Assembly (NCBI GenBank): GCA_020634935.1 | Contig: JACKAT010000027.1 | Location: 1-64,000, forward strand | Source: Anaerolineales bacterium | GTDB lineage: Bacteria > Chloroflexota > Anaerolineae > 4572-78 > J111 | Reading direction: 5' to 3' | Length of the DNA stretch: 64,000 nt | Shown: piece after piece, positions 8,211 through 19,200 of the stretch | Position numbering within the stretch: position 1 is the stretch's first letter | How the letters are laid out: every line of letters starts with the position of its first letter | The notes under the pieces: generated by a model | The model's input: the letters and a program-made list of their open reading frames with translations, nothing else | Told to the model about the DNA's origin: nothing | Database searches by the model: none | Position numbers and translations under genes: made by a program

Positions 8211-10667
8211 CTACCGGCTTAAATTCCAGCCGATCCGGTAATAACCGTGGTTTTCCCCGGACGGGTTATCGATGTGGTAGACGATCATATCTTGCCGGCC
8301 GTCTCGATTAACATCGGCCACGGCGATGCCGCCGCCCTGATTTTGCGAGCCGAACCAGCCCGGTATCGCTCTAACAGTGGACCAGCCGCCGGTGACATCA
8401 CCCGCCGTGTTGAGCCGCCACCCGATGCGGTAGTAGCCGTGGTTTTCCCCGGACGGGTTATCGATGTGGTAGATGATCAGTTCCGGCCGGCCATCCCGAT
8501 CCAAATCGGCAATGGCAATGCCGCCGCCTTGATCCTCCGCGCCGAACCAGCCCGGAATGGGTTTAATGGCCGACCAGCCGCCGGTGACATCGCCGGCTGT
8601 ATTCAGGTTCCAACCGATGCGATAGTAGCCGTGGTTTTCGCCGCCGGGATTGTCGATGTGGTAAACAACCAGATCCGGGGTTCCTCCGCTATTAATATTC
8701 GCCAGGGCCACGCCCGCCCCCTGATTTTCCGCGCCGAACCAACCCGGAACGGCCTTGACCGGCGACCAGCCGCCGGTGACATTGCCGGCTGTATTCAGGT
8801 TCCAACCAATGCGATAGTAGCCGTGGTTTTCGCCGCCGGGATTATCGATGTGGAAGACCAGCAAATCCACGACGCCGTTACGATTGATATCGGCCAGGGC
8901 TACCCCCGCCCCCTGGTCTTCCGCGCCGAACCAGCCCGGAACGGCCTTGACCGGCGACCATGAGGTAGGAATACCCGAAGAACTGAGGTTCCAACCAATG
9001 CGATAGTAGCCGTGGTTTTCGCCGCCGGGGTTGTCGATGTGGAAGACCAACAAATCGGCGCGCCCCTCGCGTGAAATATCAGCCACCGCAATATCGCCGC
9101 CCTGGTCTTCTGAGCCAAACCAACCGGGGATCATTCGGGGTGAGTCCCAGCGTATCCGAGCCGCATAAACCGCTTTAAGCGCATTGATTCGGCCAAAACC
9201 GGTATAAATATCATAGCCGGCTGAACCCAAGTCATCGGTTGAGTCGCGTAGGATAGCCTCAACTTCTGCCGCAGTCAGATTGGGATTGACCGAAAGGCAG
9301 AGGGCGGCTACCCCGGCCACATGCGGGGTTGCGGCTGACGTGCCGTTGAAGTTCGAAACGTAGTCGCCGCTGGGGTTGTAACCGCGAGACCCCCGGATAT
9401 CGGTGGTCGTGATATGAACGCCTGGGGCGGCAACATCAACTGAAGCGCCGAAATTGCTGCCCCACCACGTCTCGCCATCTCGACTGGTTGGGCTTTTTCG
9501 CTCACCCCATTCATTGCAGGCGGCCACGGTGATGACTTCGGACAAGGTCCCTGGATATGAAACGGCGCCATTATCATTTCCGGCAGCAAAACAGACCACA
9601 CAGCCTCGGCCGCCCCGTCCGACTGTTTTGGCCCGGCGGATAGCATTGGTAATGGTTGTGGATGGCGAGCCACCGCCCCAACTGTTGCTCAAGACATCGG
9701 CGCCGCGTGACACGGCCGTATTGATGCCGTCGGCAATCTGCGCATCCGTTGTCACCCACCGGCGCCGCCCATCGATGCCGACGACACCGTAGGCAATGCG
9801 GACGCCCATAAGCAGGCAGTTCGGGGCCACGCCGCTCACTCCGGCGCCGTTGCCCGTGGCCGCCGCGGCAATACCGGCACAGGCGGTGCCATGGGCGTCA
9901 TTCCCGCTGGGAGAGGGATCATTAATCCGGCGGACAGCATCGTAGCCTGTCACTAACTTGCCGGGCGCGTTTAAATCGGGATGGGCATAATCAACGCCTT
10001 CATCAATAATCGCGATAGTAATGTAGCCCGCTCCCCGGCTTACGTCCCAGGCGGCTACCGCTTCAATATCCTGGCCTACTATGCCGCCGCCCTGGCCAAC
10101 GTTACGGAGGGCCCACTGCTGGGTAAAAAGCGGATCATTTGGCACGTAAGATTGCTTCATCAAGCGGACGAAGTTGGGATGGGCATAGTTGACAAGATTA
10201 CTATCGTGGTAATGATTGGCCATAGTTAAGGCGTCTGTCGCCGCTTCTTCCTGGACAGCCAAAACGAACGTGTTTTGTTCCCATTCTGACTCGCTGACAA
10301 TCCGGACTTGGTTTTGCGCGTTGAACTGATCGATTTCCGCGCGAGTGACATTGGGCTTAAACTGGGCCACAAATTCCTCGTTTAGAACCATCGGTGTCCC
10401 GTCATCCGCCTCGAACACCTGAAGCTGAGAACTGTCGGCCGGCAAAGCGGCGGCGGCGGCCATTGGCGCTTGCGGCGCTGTTTCAAAAAGGACAATGCCA
10501 TTGCCCAGCTCTAAGCCCTGCGATAGCGGCGAAGAGGCTCCGACTGCCGCGCCTACAGCCCGTCTGGTGGCGGCCGACGGACTGCCCGCCACCCGGACAG
10601 CCCGTAATGTGGGCGACTCGGCCAAATCAATTTTCTTACCATCGTACCAATAATAGTTAGCCATCAC
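8211..10667 (-). CDS. Subtilisin-like S8 serine peptidase with five C-terminal FG-GAP-like repeats of about 47 aa
   Basis: Catalytic triad contexts are 'AIIDEGVDYAHPDL' (Asp), 'HGTACAGIAAA' (His) and 'GTSAATPHVAGVAALC' (Ser). Five repeats 'PGWFGAEDQGAGVALADINRNGVVDLLVFHIDNPGGENHGYYRIGWNL' follow. RBS 'ggag' lies upstream of 10667. Confidence 0.85.
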   Translation of the reverse strand: MMANYYWYDGKKIDLAESPTLRAVRVAGSPSAATRRAVGAAVGASSPLSQGLELGNGIVLFETAPQAPMAAAAALPADSSQLQVFEADDGTPMVLNEEFVAQFKPNVTRAEIDQFNAQNQVRIVSESEWEQNTFVLAVQEEAATDALTMANHYHDSNLVNYAHPNFVRLMKQSYVPNDPLFTQQWALRNVGQGGGIVGQDIEAVAAWDVSRGAGYITIAIIDEGVDYAHPDLNAPGKLVTGYDAVRRINDPSPSGNDAHGTACAGIAAAATGNGAGVSGVAPNCLLMGVRIAYGVVGIDGRRRWVTTDAQIADGINTAVSRGADVLSNSWGGGSPSTTITNAIRRAKTVGRGGRGCVVCFAAGNDNGAVSYPGTLSEVITVAACNEWGERKSPTSRDGETWWGSNFGASVDVAAPGVHITTTDIRGSRGYNPSGDYVSNFNGTSAATPHVAGVAALCLSVNPNLTAAEVEAILRDSTDDLGSAGYDIYTGFGRINALKAVYAARIRWDSPRMIPGWFGSEDQGGDIAVADISREGRADLLVFHIDNPGGENHGYYRIGWNLSSSGIPTSWSPVKAVPGWFGAEDQGAGVALADINRNGVVDLLVFHIDNPGGENHGYYRIGWNLNTAGNVTGGWSPVKAVPGWFGAENQGAGVALANINSGGTPDLVVYHIDNPGGENHGYYRIGWNLNTAGDVTGGWSAIKPIPGWFGAEDQGGGIAIADLDRDGRPELIIYHIDNPSGENHGYYRIGWRLNTAGDVTGGWSTVRAIPGWFGSQNQGGGIAVADVNRDGRQDMIVYHIDNPSGENHGYYRIGWNLSR
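8247..8960. repeat. Near-identical tandem DNA repeats of about 141 bp, x5, encoding the FG-GAP-like repeats of the S8 peptidase
   Basis: Blocks beginning 'ccgtggttttccccggacgggttatcgatgtggtag' recur at 8247, 8435, 8632 and 8823 with high identity. Confidence 0.8.
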
Positions 10668-10917
10668 TTGTCTCCATTAATCGTGTTGGGGAAGAAAAAT
10701 GAGGGAATAGCGACCCTTCCCATATGTCGCGATTCTCTATATTATGGGCAAACATAGTTTGCTAAAAACTATAGTAGCAAAATCCCCTCAAATTCCACTC
10801 AGTTTTGGCTCAACATTCCTGAGGAACGACGCCAACAACAATGACAATGGAGCGGCGCGACAAAGTTGGCTTGGTCAAGCCGATCAAAGCCGATCTTTGC
10901 TGCTCCAACTCTTTTAT

Positions 10918-11045
10918 GAGTTACGCAGTTCAAAAGGTGACAGTCACTTAGACGCGATAAATCGACTTGTTGGGGCTTAAACGGACGTTCATTTTCGGCA
11001 AAAGTGACTGTCACCTGGTTCGACACACCCAACTGCGTAAGTCCT
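10918..11045. mobile_element. MITE-like element, family A, copy 2
   Basis: 'gttacgcagttcaaaaggtgacagtcacttag...gtgactgtcacctggttcgacacacccaactgcgtaagtcc'. It overlaps the spurious 5' extension of the ORF at 10967. Confidence 0.75.
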
Positions 11046-11125
11046 ATCTTTATTTCCAAGCGATAAATCGGTGCGAAACGCCGGCAAATTTAGCCCCCCG
11101 TCGCTTCTTACAGTATACTTTAGCT

Positions 11126-13777
11126 ATGCATATCATTTACACGCACACCAATGCCGACTTTGACGCGGTCGCTTCGCTGTTAGGGGCGTGGCATCTTTAT
11201 CCTGAGGCGGCGCCGGTGTTACCGCCAACGCTCAATCGCAACGTGCGCGATTTTGTGACGCTCTATGAGAGCAAGCTGCCGTTTGTGCGCCACACCGACC
11301 TGGGCCGCGAGCCAATCGATCAATTGACGCTGGTCGATACCCAGCAGGTGCCTCGCCTCAAGAATCTAAAGGGCGAGGTCAAATTGCAAGTCATCGACCA
11401 CCACGATTTGCACCAAACTCTGCCGCCGGAGGCTAAGATTAGTTTGTCGAACACCGGGGCGAATGTGACCGTCTTGATTGAGAAAATTTGCGAGCTGGCC
11501 CTGCCGCTGACCGCGTTGGAGGCCACGCTGATGCTGCTGGGCATCTACGAAGACACCGGCTCGTTTACATACGGCAGCACCACCGCGCGCGACCTGCACG
11601 CGGCGGCCTGGCTGCTGGCCGAAGGGCATGCTCATCTCGATATCGTGCGCGATTATCTCAACTATGCCATGAGTGACGAGCAAAAGCTGCTGTTTGATCA
11701 GTTGGTGGAAAACTTGCAGACGTTGAACCTGTACGGCCATACGATTGTGATTAGTACCGCCAGGGTCGATCATTATGTGGAGGAGATTAGCGTGCTGGCC
11801 AGCCGCCTGCGCGATTTGTACCAGCCGGATGGGCTTTTTATTTTGGTAGATATGACCGACCACATTCAAATGGTGGCTCGCTCGGTGAACGATGCCATCA
11901 ATGTGGCCGAAATTGCCGAGTTTTTGGGCGGGGGCGGCCATCCGCGGGCGTCGGCCGCTTTGATCAAGAACGGCCGGTTGGCCGATGTGACGGAAAAACT
12001 GGCGCGCCTGCTGCGCCTGGAAGTGAAACCGGCGCTGACCATCGGCCAGATTATGTCCAAGGGCGCGCGCACCCTGGCCCCGACCGATACGGTGCAGCAC
12101 GCCTCGCAAATGATGGATCGCTATGGTCACGAGGGCTTTCCGGTGGTGGATCAAAACACCCAGGAGATTGTCGGCATCCTGTCGCGGCGTGAGGTCGATA
12201 AAGCGCTGCGCCATCGCCTGGAAGGGGCGGCCATCAGCCAGTTTATGACCAAGGGCCGATTTCAGGCCACACCTGTAGACAGCGTCGATACCGTGCAAAA
12301 GTTGATGACCGAGGCGAAGATCGGCCAGGTGCCGGTTATCAATCCCGCCAGCGGGCAGATTATCGGCATTGTAACCCGGACCGATCTGATTAATTTATGG
12401 CAGCTTAAAGACAAGAATCGTGCGGCGCGGTTCAGCCTGGCCGGCCAACTGGCCACCACCCTGGCCGCCGACCTGTTTGAGCTGGTCTGCGAAGCCGGCG
12501 AGATTGCCGCCCATCGAGGCGACAGCCTGTATATTGTGGGCGGCTTTGTCCGCGACTTGCTGCTGACAATGCTGGAAGACAGCCCCACAGCCAAAGCCAA
12601 GGCCAGCCCGCGCTTTGATCTTGATTTGGTGGTGGAAGGTGACGCCATCGCCCTGGCCGAGGTTCTGTGCGAGCGGCATGGGGGCCGGGTACGCAGCCAT
12701 CGCCGCTTTGGCACGGCTAAATGGATTCCGCCGGAGCCGCTCCCGTTTGTCTATGATGTCGCCGGGAAGCAAATCTATTTGTCGGCGCTCGACTTTGTTA
12801 CAGCCCGCTCCGAATTTTACCGGCACCCGTCGGCCCTGCCGGAAGTGGAACAAAGCTCCATCCGCCAAGATTTGCACCGGCGCGATTTTACCATTAATAC
12901 GCTGGCCTTGCGCCTTTCGCCCCATCATTTTGGCGAACTGCTCGATTTTTACGGCGGGCGCAACGATTTAGAGGCGCGGCTCATCCGGGTGCTGCACAGC
13001 CTCAGCTTTGTGGAAGATCCCACCCGTATGCTGCGGGCGGCGCGAATTATGGCCCGGCTTGAATTTGAATTGGAGGAACGCACGGCGGAACTGCTGGACA
13101 ACGCGCTTGATCTGCTTGAGCGGGTCAGCGGGGAGCGGATTAACCGCGAACTCGAGCTGATTTTTCGCGAACGACAGCCGGCGCTGGCCTTACAACAACT
13201 TGATCGGCTGGGTATTCTAACGGTGATTCATCACGGTCTGATGGTGGACGAATTACTGCTGACGGCGTTGGATCAGCTGCAAAGAAGCTTGGGCGACACG
13301 CCCTGGCGAGATACGCCGCCGGAAGCGGTGCATTATCTGGGGTTGATGTCGTTTTGGTTGGCCAAAGACGAGCTGGAGCACTTTATGGAGCGTCTCAATC
13401 TGCGCACCCACCAGCGCACCACGTTGAAGCAAGTTTACAAAATCAAACGGGCCGCCGCCAAAATCGCCGCTGCCGACCGGGCCAGCAGCCTGTGTCATTG
13501 GCTGGACGGCACCAGCAGCGATGCCCGTCTCATCGCCTGGCTGGCGCTCGATGACGCTGCGGCCCGCCAGCAACTGGCCTACTATGAGGCTGATTTGAAA
13601 GACGTAGCCCCGCTGATCGACGGCAATTATCTCAAAGAAGAGTTTCAACTGCGACCCGGCCCCATCTTCAAAACCATCATCGATGCCCTGCGGGATGCTC
13701 GCGTTGACGGCGAAGTGACAACGCTGGCCGACGAGCGAGCGCTGGTCGAGCGAATTTTGGCCGAAAATCACTGCTGA
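11126..13777 (+). CDS. DHH-DHHA1 phosphoesterase / CBS pair / poly(A) polymerase-CCA tRNA nucleotidyltransferase head fusion protein
   Basis: The ATG at 11126 ('MHIIYTHTNADFDAVAS') opens a DHH domain with the 'VIDHHDLH' motif. DHHA1 is 'GGGHPRASAA'. Two CBS motifs follow. The Pol-beta NT head is 'GGFVRDLLL...DLDLVVEGDA'. The C-terminal region has the 'RMLRAARI' motif of tRNA-NT/PAP. The first 53 codons of ORF 10967 lie inside a MITE and are rejected. Confidence 0.8.
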   Translation: MHIIYTHTNADFDAVASLLGAWHLYPEAAPVLPPTLNRNVRDFVTLYESKLPFVRHTDLGREPIDQLTLVDTQQVPRLKNLKGEVKLQVIDHHDLHQTLPPEAKISLSNTGANVTVLIEKICELALPLTALEATLMLLGIYEDTGSFTYGSTTARDLHAAAWLLAEGHAHLDIVRDYLNYAMSDEQKLLFDQLVENLQTLNLYGHTIVISTARVDHYVEEISVLASRLRDLYQPDGLFILVDMTDHIQMVARSVNDAINVAEIAEFLGGGGHPRASAALIKNGRLADVTEKLARLLRLEVKPALTIGQIMSKGARTLAPTDTVQHASQMMDRYGHEGFPVVDQNTQEIVGILSRREVDKALRHRLEGAAISQFMTKGRFQATPVDSVDTVQKLMTEAKIGQVPVINPASGQIIGIVTRTDLINLWQLKDKNRAARFSLAGQLATTLAADLFELVCEAGEIAAHRGDSLYIVGGFVRDLLLTMLEDSPTAKAKASPRFDLDLVVEGDAIALAEVLCERHGGRVRSHRRFGTAKWIPPEPLPFVYDVAGKQIYLSALDFVTARSEFYRHPSALPEVEQSSIRQDLHRRDFTINTLALRLSPHHFGELLDFYGGRNDLEARLIRVLHSLSFVEDPTRMLRAARIMARLEFELEERTAELLDNALDLLERVSGERINRELELIFRERQPALALQQLDRLGILTVIHHGLMVDELLLTALDQLQRSLGDTPWRDTPPEAVHYLGLMSFWLAKDELEHFMERLNLRTHQRTTLKQVYKIKRAAAKIAAADRASSLCHWLDGTSSDARLIAWLALDDAAARQQLAYYEADLKDVAPLIDGNYLKEEFQLRPGPIFKTIIDALRDARVDGEVTTLADERALVERILAENHC

Positions 13778-16194
13778 TCCAACCGCCCAATCCGCAGCCG
13801 GTAGGCTTTGTTCAAGTTCCAAATTTCTTGCCCTTGGGCGGCAATTTGGTTGACACTCTTATATTTGACTACGTATTGATAAACCCCGGACGGCGGCTCC
13901 AAAATCTGCACATCTTTAGCCGGCAGATCGAGCGATCGGCTCCACGTATCGCTGGTCACTTCTAAAATAATGTCGTTATCCAACTCATTGGACACTACCA
14001 CCAACGTCACCGGAACAGGCGTCGGCGTGGGGGTGGGGGTCGGGGTCGGCGTGGGTACAGGCGTGGCGGTGGCAAACGGCGGCCGGCCGGGCTGGTCGCT
14101 TTCTGTGACCCGGAAGACCACGGCTTCGTCGTTGACCGTCAAGGACGTGAGATCGACCGGACTTTGCCGGAAGGCTTCATCGACGCCGCTGTTGACACCA
14201 TTGGTCATGTTTTGGCCCAGCAGATAGAGCGGGTAATCGTTGAGGGTGGTTATTTCAAAATTAGGTTTGCCTGATTGCAGCGTCAGCGTGATAGGCAGTT
14301 GCACCGGCAACTGCCACAGCTCTCCCTTGACATTCACGCGGCTGGGGGGGCTGGTGTCCACCTGCAAATTGCCTAAATAAGCCCCGGCGATGCCATCCAG
14401 CTTCTCGGTCAAGAATTCTTCGGTGTAGACGTTGTCCTCTTCAACGCTAAGGGTATTGAAAGGCCAGTCTACCGTGCCGATAGAGCGCTGCAAAAACCAA
14501 CCGCCTACGTAAGAACTGCAAATTAACAGCGGTACTAAGATAATGGCGGCGATAACCCCAAATTGAGCAATAAATACCGTCACCCGAACAGCCGCTTTGC
14601 GCAGCCGGCGCAGGAATAGATTGGGCAAAATTAACCGGAGAAATTGTTCCAGGCCCTCTTTTTGATCCGTATTCTCCTTGACGGCTTGAGTGGCGGCGGC
14701 GGCCAAATCATTGCGATTAATCAGCAGAAACCAGCGTTCGAAATCGCCTTGGTAGAGATAAGCTTCAGCCTCGCGTCGATTTTTATCACACAGATCAACC
14801 AATTCAGGCACGGTTTGGGCCGATTCGCCGTTTTTGAAGGTAAACAACGCGGCACGCTGGCCACTGGAAATCAGGGCCGATAACTGTTTTTGTAGTTGGA
14901 GGGGCGTGGGGCGTTTGTCCTGATCGGCCTCGGTGGCGCTAATGATGATATCTTCCAACGCTTTGGGCAGGGAGGAATCGATCTGGCGGATGGGGGTAAA
15001 TTTGCCGTGGAGTTCCTTGATTTTGAGAATATTGGATTTGCCCTCATACGCGTCGAGCGGGCTGACGCCGGTGAGGAGATGGTGCAGCGTCGCCCCCACC
15101 GCATACACATCGGAGGACGGCTGGGCCTGGCCAAACCACTGCTCCAGCGGACTATAGCCGACGCTGCCGTAAGCGCGCGTCTCTTCCGTCGAGGTGTGGG
15201 CGTCGGTTACCGGGTTGGCTTTGGCTAAGCCGAAATCAACCAGCCAAATGCGGCCGTCGTTGCCCAGTAAAATGTTGGCCGGCTTTACATCACGGTGCAT
15301 AACCGGCTCACCGCCGTGGGTGTGCATGTAATTGAGCGCGTTGCAAACATCGATGGCGTAGCGCACGGCTTCGCGCCAGGGCAGTTGGTTATTGCTCTGC
15401 TCCAGGACATCGTGCAAGTTACGCCCTTCGATATATTTCATGACCAAATAGTTGCTGTCCGCTTCGGAGAAATAATCGTAAATCTCAGGGATGTTGGGAT
15501 GGCCGGGATGGTTGAGGGCAACCAGCAGTTGGGCTTCGCGCTCAAAATTAGCCTGGTAAAGCGCCACCTCGCGGGACGATTTGCCAAAGGTCACTAACTG
15601 CTTGATGACACAAGCCCGGTTGAGCTTGGTATCGTCAGTGAGGAAGGCGGCTCCGAATCCCCCCCGGCCTAAAATCTTGAGCCGCCGGTAGCGGTTGTGC
15701 AGAAGATGGTCTCGGTCAAAAGGCGAAACAGGCGGCGACGACTCCGCTTCGGGGTTGGCCGCAGCCTGGCTATCCAGCGTCACCGTGGCTTGATCTGGGG
15801 GTAAATCAACATCGGCTAACGCCACGGTGCCGGTTGACGGCTGTGTGGCTGCTCCTGCCGGTAATTGCTGCGTGGCCGCCTGGCTGGTATCAGGCGAGAT
15901 ATCGCCAGCTCGCGGTTGGGTCGGGCTGGCCGGTTGAACCGGCCAATCTGCCACGGCGATGGTGGAGCCGTCGCCTTCATCGACATTCTGGAGCAGCGTG
16001 GTGGCTGCCTCGTCATCGGCGGCCGGGTCATCCGGTAGAAATACGGTTTGTCCCGCCTCCTGGTCGGACGGCAAGGCGATAGTTCGCGCTTTTGTACTTT
16101 GCTCATCAGGCGTTAATCCGGTGGGCTGCCCGCATTGGTGGCAAAAGCGGGCAGTATCCAGCAGTTCAGCGCCACAGTTCGAGCACCGGGCCAT
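13768..16194 (-). CDS. Ser/Thr protein kinase with N-terminal zinc ribbon, TM helix and C-terminal extracellular domain behind a (PT)n linker
   Basis: Zinc ribbon 'CSNCGAELLDTARFCHQCG'. Hanks kinase motifs 'HRDVKPANILL' and 'DFGLAK'. TM helix 'VFIAQFGVIAAIILVPLLI'. Linker 'PTPTPTPTPTPVPV'. Confidence 0.85.
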   Translation of the reverse strand: MARCSNCGAELLDTARFCHQCGQPTGLTPDEQSTKARTIALPSDQEAGQTVFLPDDPAADDEAATTLLQNVDEGDGSTIAVADWPVQPASPTQPRAGDISPDTSQAATQQLPAGAATQPSTGTVALADVDLPPDQATVTLDSQAAANPEAESSPPVSPFDRDHLLHNRYRRLKILGRGGFGAAFLTDDTKLNRACVIKQLVTFGKSSREVALYQANFEREAQLLVALNHPGHPNIPEIYDYFSEADSNYLVMKYIEGRNLHDVLEQSNNQLPWREAVRYAIDVCNALNYMHTHGGEPVMHRDVKPANILLGNDGRIWLVDFGLAKANPVTDAHTSTEETRAYGSVGYSPLEQWFGQAQPSSDVYAVGATLHHLLTGVSPLDAYEGKSNILKIKELHGKFTPIRQIDSSLPKALEDIIISATEADQDKRPTPLQLQKQLSALISSGQRAALFTFKNGESAQTVPELVDLCDKNRREAEAYLYQGDFERWFLLINRNDLAAAATQAVKENTDQKEGLEQFLRLILPNLFLRRLRKAAVRVTVFIAQFGVIAAIILVPLLICSSYVGGWFLQRSIGTVDWPFNTLSVEEDNVYTEEFLTEKLDGIAGAYLGNLQVDTSPPSRVNVKGELWQLPVQLPITLTLQSGKPNFEITTLNDYPLYLLGQNMTNGVNSGVDEAFRQSPVDLTSLTVNDEAVVFRVTESDQPGRPPFATATPVPTPTPTPTPTPTPVPVTLVVVSNELDNDIILEVTSDTWSRSLDLPAKDVQILEPPSGVYQYVVKYKSVNQIAAQGQEIWNLNKAYRLRIGRLDQQ

Positions 16195-16215
16195 ATAATC
16201 TCCTCACCTTTTGGT

Positions 16216-19200
16216 TTAATTATTTTGCACCAGAACGGGCAAATAAATTTTATGGCTGTTGGCCGACAAGTTTAACCCGCCTACGCCGTCGCCTTCAAAC
16301 GCACCGATGTCACAGGCCCCGGCGCGGGGACGAACAACACCGCGCTGGTCAGCCGTAAACGTGGTCCCGCAGCCGTTTGACCCGATAGGAATGGCATTAA
16401 TGGCCGGACTATCCGCCAGGAGGGCGCGGGTGCTGGTACTTCCCCCGTTGTTTTGCAAGGGTCCCAGGACCGGATTGAAACCGGCAATATCGCCAACACC
16501 AGACCCGACACAGGTGTTATCACTGTCGAGGTTGAAGCCGGCGGAGCTAATCCCGCCTGACCCGCCGCAGTTGCCGCCGGTAGGACTGTTGGCGACAATC
16601 GTATTTTGCAGCAGGAGCACACCGTCGATGTCGCTGTACAGGCCGCCGCCGGTCGTAGCGGTATTATTACTGAGGGTAGCAAATATCAGGCTGCTGCTGC
16701 CCGTATTGATATTGGCGATACCGCCGCCCAAACCAGCGCCGTTACCACCAGGTAGAGCGCCTGAGGACCCGCCGTAGATTTGGCCGCCGGTCCCGCCGGT
16801 GGCCTGGTTGCCGGACAACGTACTGTTGGTAATGGTTAAACCCGAGCCGCTTGAGTTGAAGATCGCCCCACCGTAGCCGCTGCCGCCGTCACCCCCGGCC
16901 GAACTACCATTGGCCGGCGTCCCGCCGCCCCTGCCGCCCGTCGCTTGATTGTCTGACAGGGTGCTGGCCGCGATTTGGATCGTCCCGGCCAGGTTGAAAA
17001 TCGCCCCGCCCAGGCCGGCTCCGCCGCCGCCGCCGCCGCCGCCGATCCCGGCCTGCACCACGCGATGGGAGCCGCCGTTACCGGCGCCAAAGCCGCCTTG
17101 CCCGCCGGGCAGCAGGGTTGAGGTGGAATTACTGGCCGCCCCGCCGCCGCCGCCGCCAAAGCCGCCGTTACCGCCGCGCCCGCCAAAACTCCCGCCGCCG
17201 CCGCCGCCGCCGCCATAACTGCCGTTACTGCCGTTGACGATGCCGGCGGAAGCCCCGTTGCCGCCCGCGCCGCCGGCCCCGCCGCCGCCGCCGCCGCCGC
17301 CGCCGCTGCCGGGACCGCCATTATTGCCATTACCGCCAATCGCTTGATTGGCGGATAACGTACTGGCGGCGATCGTGACGTTGCCGCCGTCATTATAAAT
17401 CGCTCCACCCAGGCCGGCCCCGCCGCCGCCGCCGCCGCTGCCGAAGCTGGCATTTGCCCCGCCGTTGCCGCCCTGGGCTTTATTCGCATTGAACACTACG
17501 CCGGTTATGGATAGTTGGCCTTGGCTGTAGATGCCGCCGCCCAAGCTGCTGTACTGGCCGGCCAGGCCGCCAATCAACGGCGGTGATGTTGGCGCACCGC
17601 TGCCGTTCGCGCCGCTCGATAGATTATTGGCAATCGTGTCGCCAGTCAAGACAATGGTTCCGGAATTCCAAATACCGCCGCCCGGCCCATTGGCTACATT
17701 GTTAGTGATGGTATTGACGCTAAATTGTAAGGTGCTGGCGCTGGCGTTATAAATGCCGCCGCCTTCGCCGCCGCTGAAGGAAAAAAGAGCCTGGTTGCTG
17801 TCGATGGTGGTTCCGGTTAAGCTCAAATTTCCAAAGTTGGCGATGCCCCCACCGCTGCCACCCTGAGCAATATTACCGCTAATGGTGCTGCTGCTGGCGG
17901 TCAGCGATCCATTATTTGTAATGCCGGCTCCGCCCAAGCCGGGCGAGCCTCCTTGTGAACCATTATTACGAACGGTGCTGGCCGTCAGGGTAAGCGTCCC
18001 GTCGTTGGCGATGCCGCCGCCGGTTACATAAGCTGTATTGCTATCAACCTGGCTGTTATTGGCCAGCGTCGCCGTGCCGGTGGATAAATTATAGATACCG
18101 CCGCCGGCTCCGTCTCCGGCCGAGTTGCCAGTGATCAGGCTGTTGATGAGGCTCAGGTTCCCGGCGTTGCTAATGCCGCCGCCGTTGCCAAAGTCCGAGT
18201 TATTGGTTACGGAGCTATCGAATAGTTGCAGTATGGCTCCGGCGGCGTTAAATAGGCCGCCACCGGCCGCCGCCGAACTGTTGGCTATAACACTAGTGCT
18301 GCTGTTGAGCATAACGATGCCGGCGGCATTGAAAATACCGCCGCCTTCGCCGGGGCCAGGTAAGACCGTCCCGGTGGCCTGGTTGCCGGTGATCGTACAG
18401 GCGTTGATGGTCAGGTTGCCGCCGTTGTTGTAAATACCCCCGCCTCGGGGTGTTCCGCTGGAGGTAAAAGCGGTATTGCCGCTGATAGTGCAGTTGGCTA
18501 AGATTAAAATGCTACCGCTATTAAAAATGCCGCCGCCCTGCACAGCTACACCGTTTGTTATCGTTACCCCCGAGATGTTGACCTGCTGACTGCTTTGCAC
18601 GGCAAAGATACGATAATTCCCGCCGCTGGCCCGCTGAATGTTCAAGAGATTAGGGCCAGGCCCGTTGATAAATATTTGAGTTATTAGCGCCGGCAGCGCC
18701 GAAGACAGGCTAATAGTGCCGGTTACACTGAAATTGATCGTCGACTCATCCGGGGCGGCGTTGGCGGCCTGAATAGCTTCGCGGAGACTGCAATGGGTTA
18801 GATCGCACACGCCGTCGTCTGTATCGGTTAAGGTATTAACGGTCAGCGGCGTCGGCGTTGGGGGTGGCGAGGTTGCTGTCGGGCCGACGCGTGGGGTTGG
18901 TGTTGGTTCGGGCGATGACGTCGCCGTGGGCTGTTCAGTGGGCGGCGCTGCTGTTGGGGGCGGCGGAGTTTCTTTCTCACTATTATTATTGTCGTTATTG
19001 TTATTGTCATTGGGGGGCGAGGTCGGCTGCGCCGGGATGACGGTCACGATGGCCGTTGGTTCGATGGTGGGCAAAACGGAGGGTTCGGGGGTAATGGCTG
19101 CGGTTGGTAAGATCGGTGTTTCAACGGTGGGAACCAGCGTTGAAATCGGCGTGGGCTGCTCGGTGCTGACGCCGGTGGCCCCCACCGTTGGGGCGACCAG

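Noticed and set aside
10967-11125. Upstream extension of the DHH-CBS-CCA ORF ('MLGLKRTFIFGKSDCHLVRH...')
   Set aside because: The extension is encoded by MITE family A copy 2. The DHH domain begins exactly at the internal ATG 11126.
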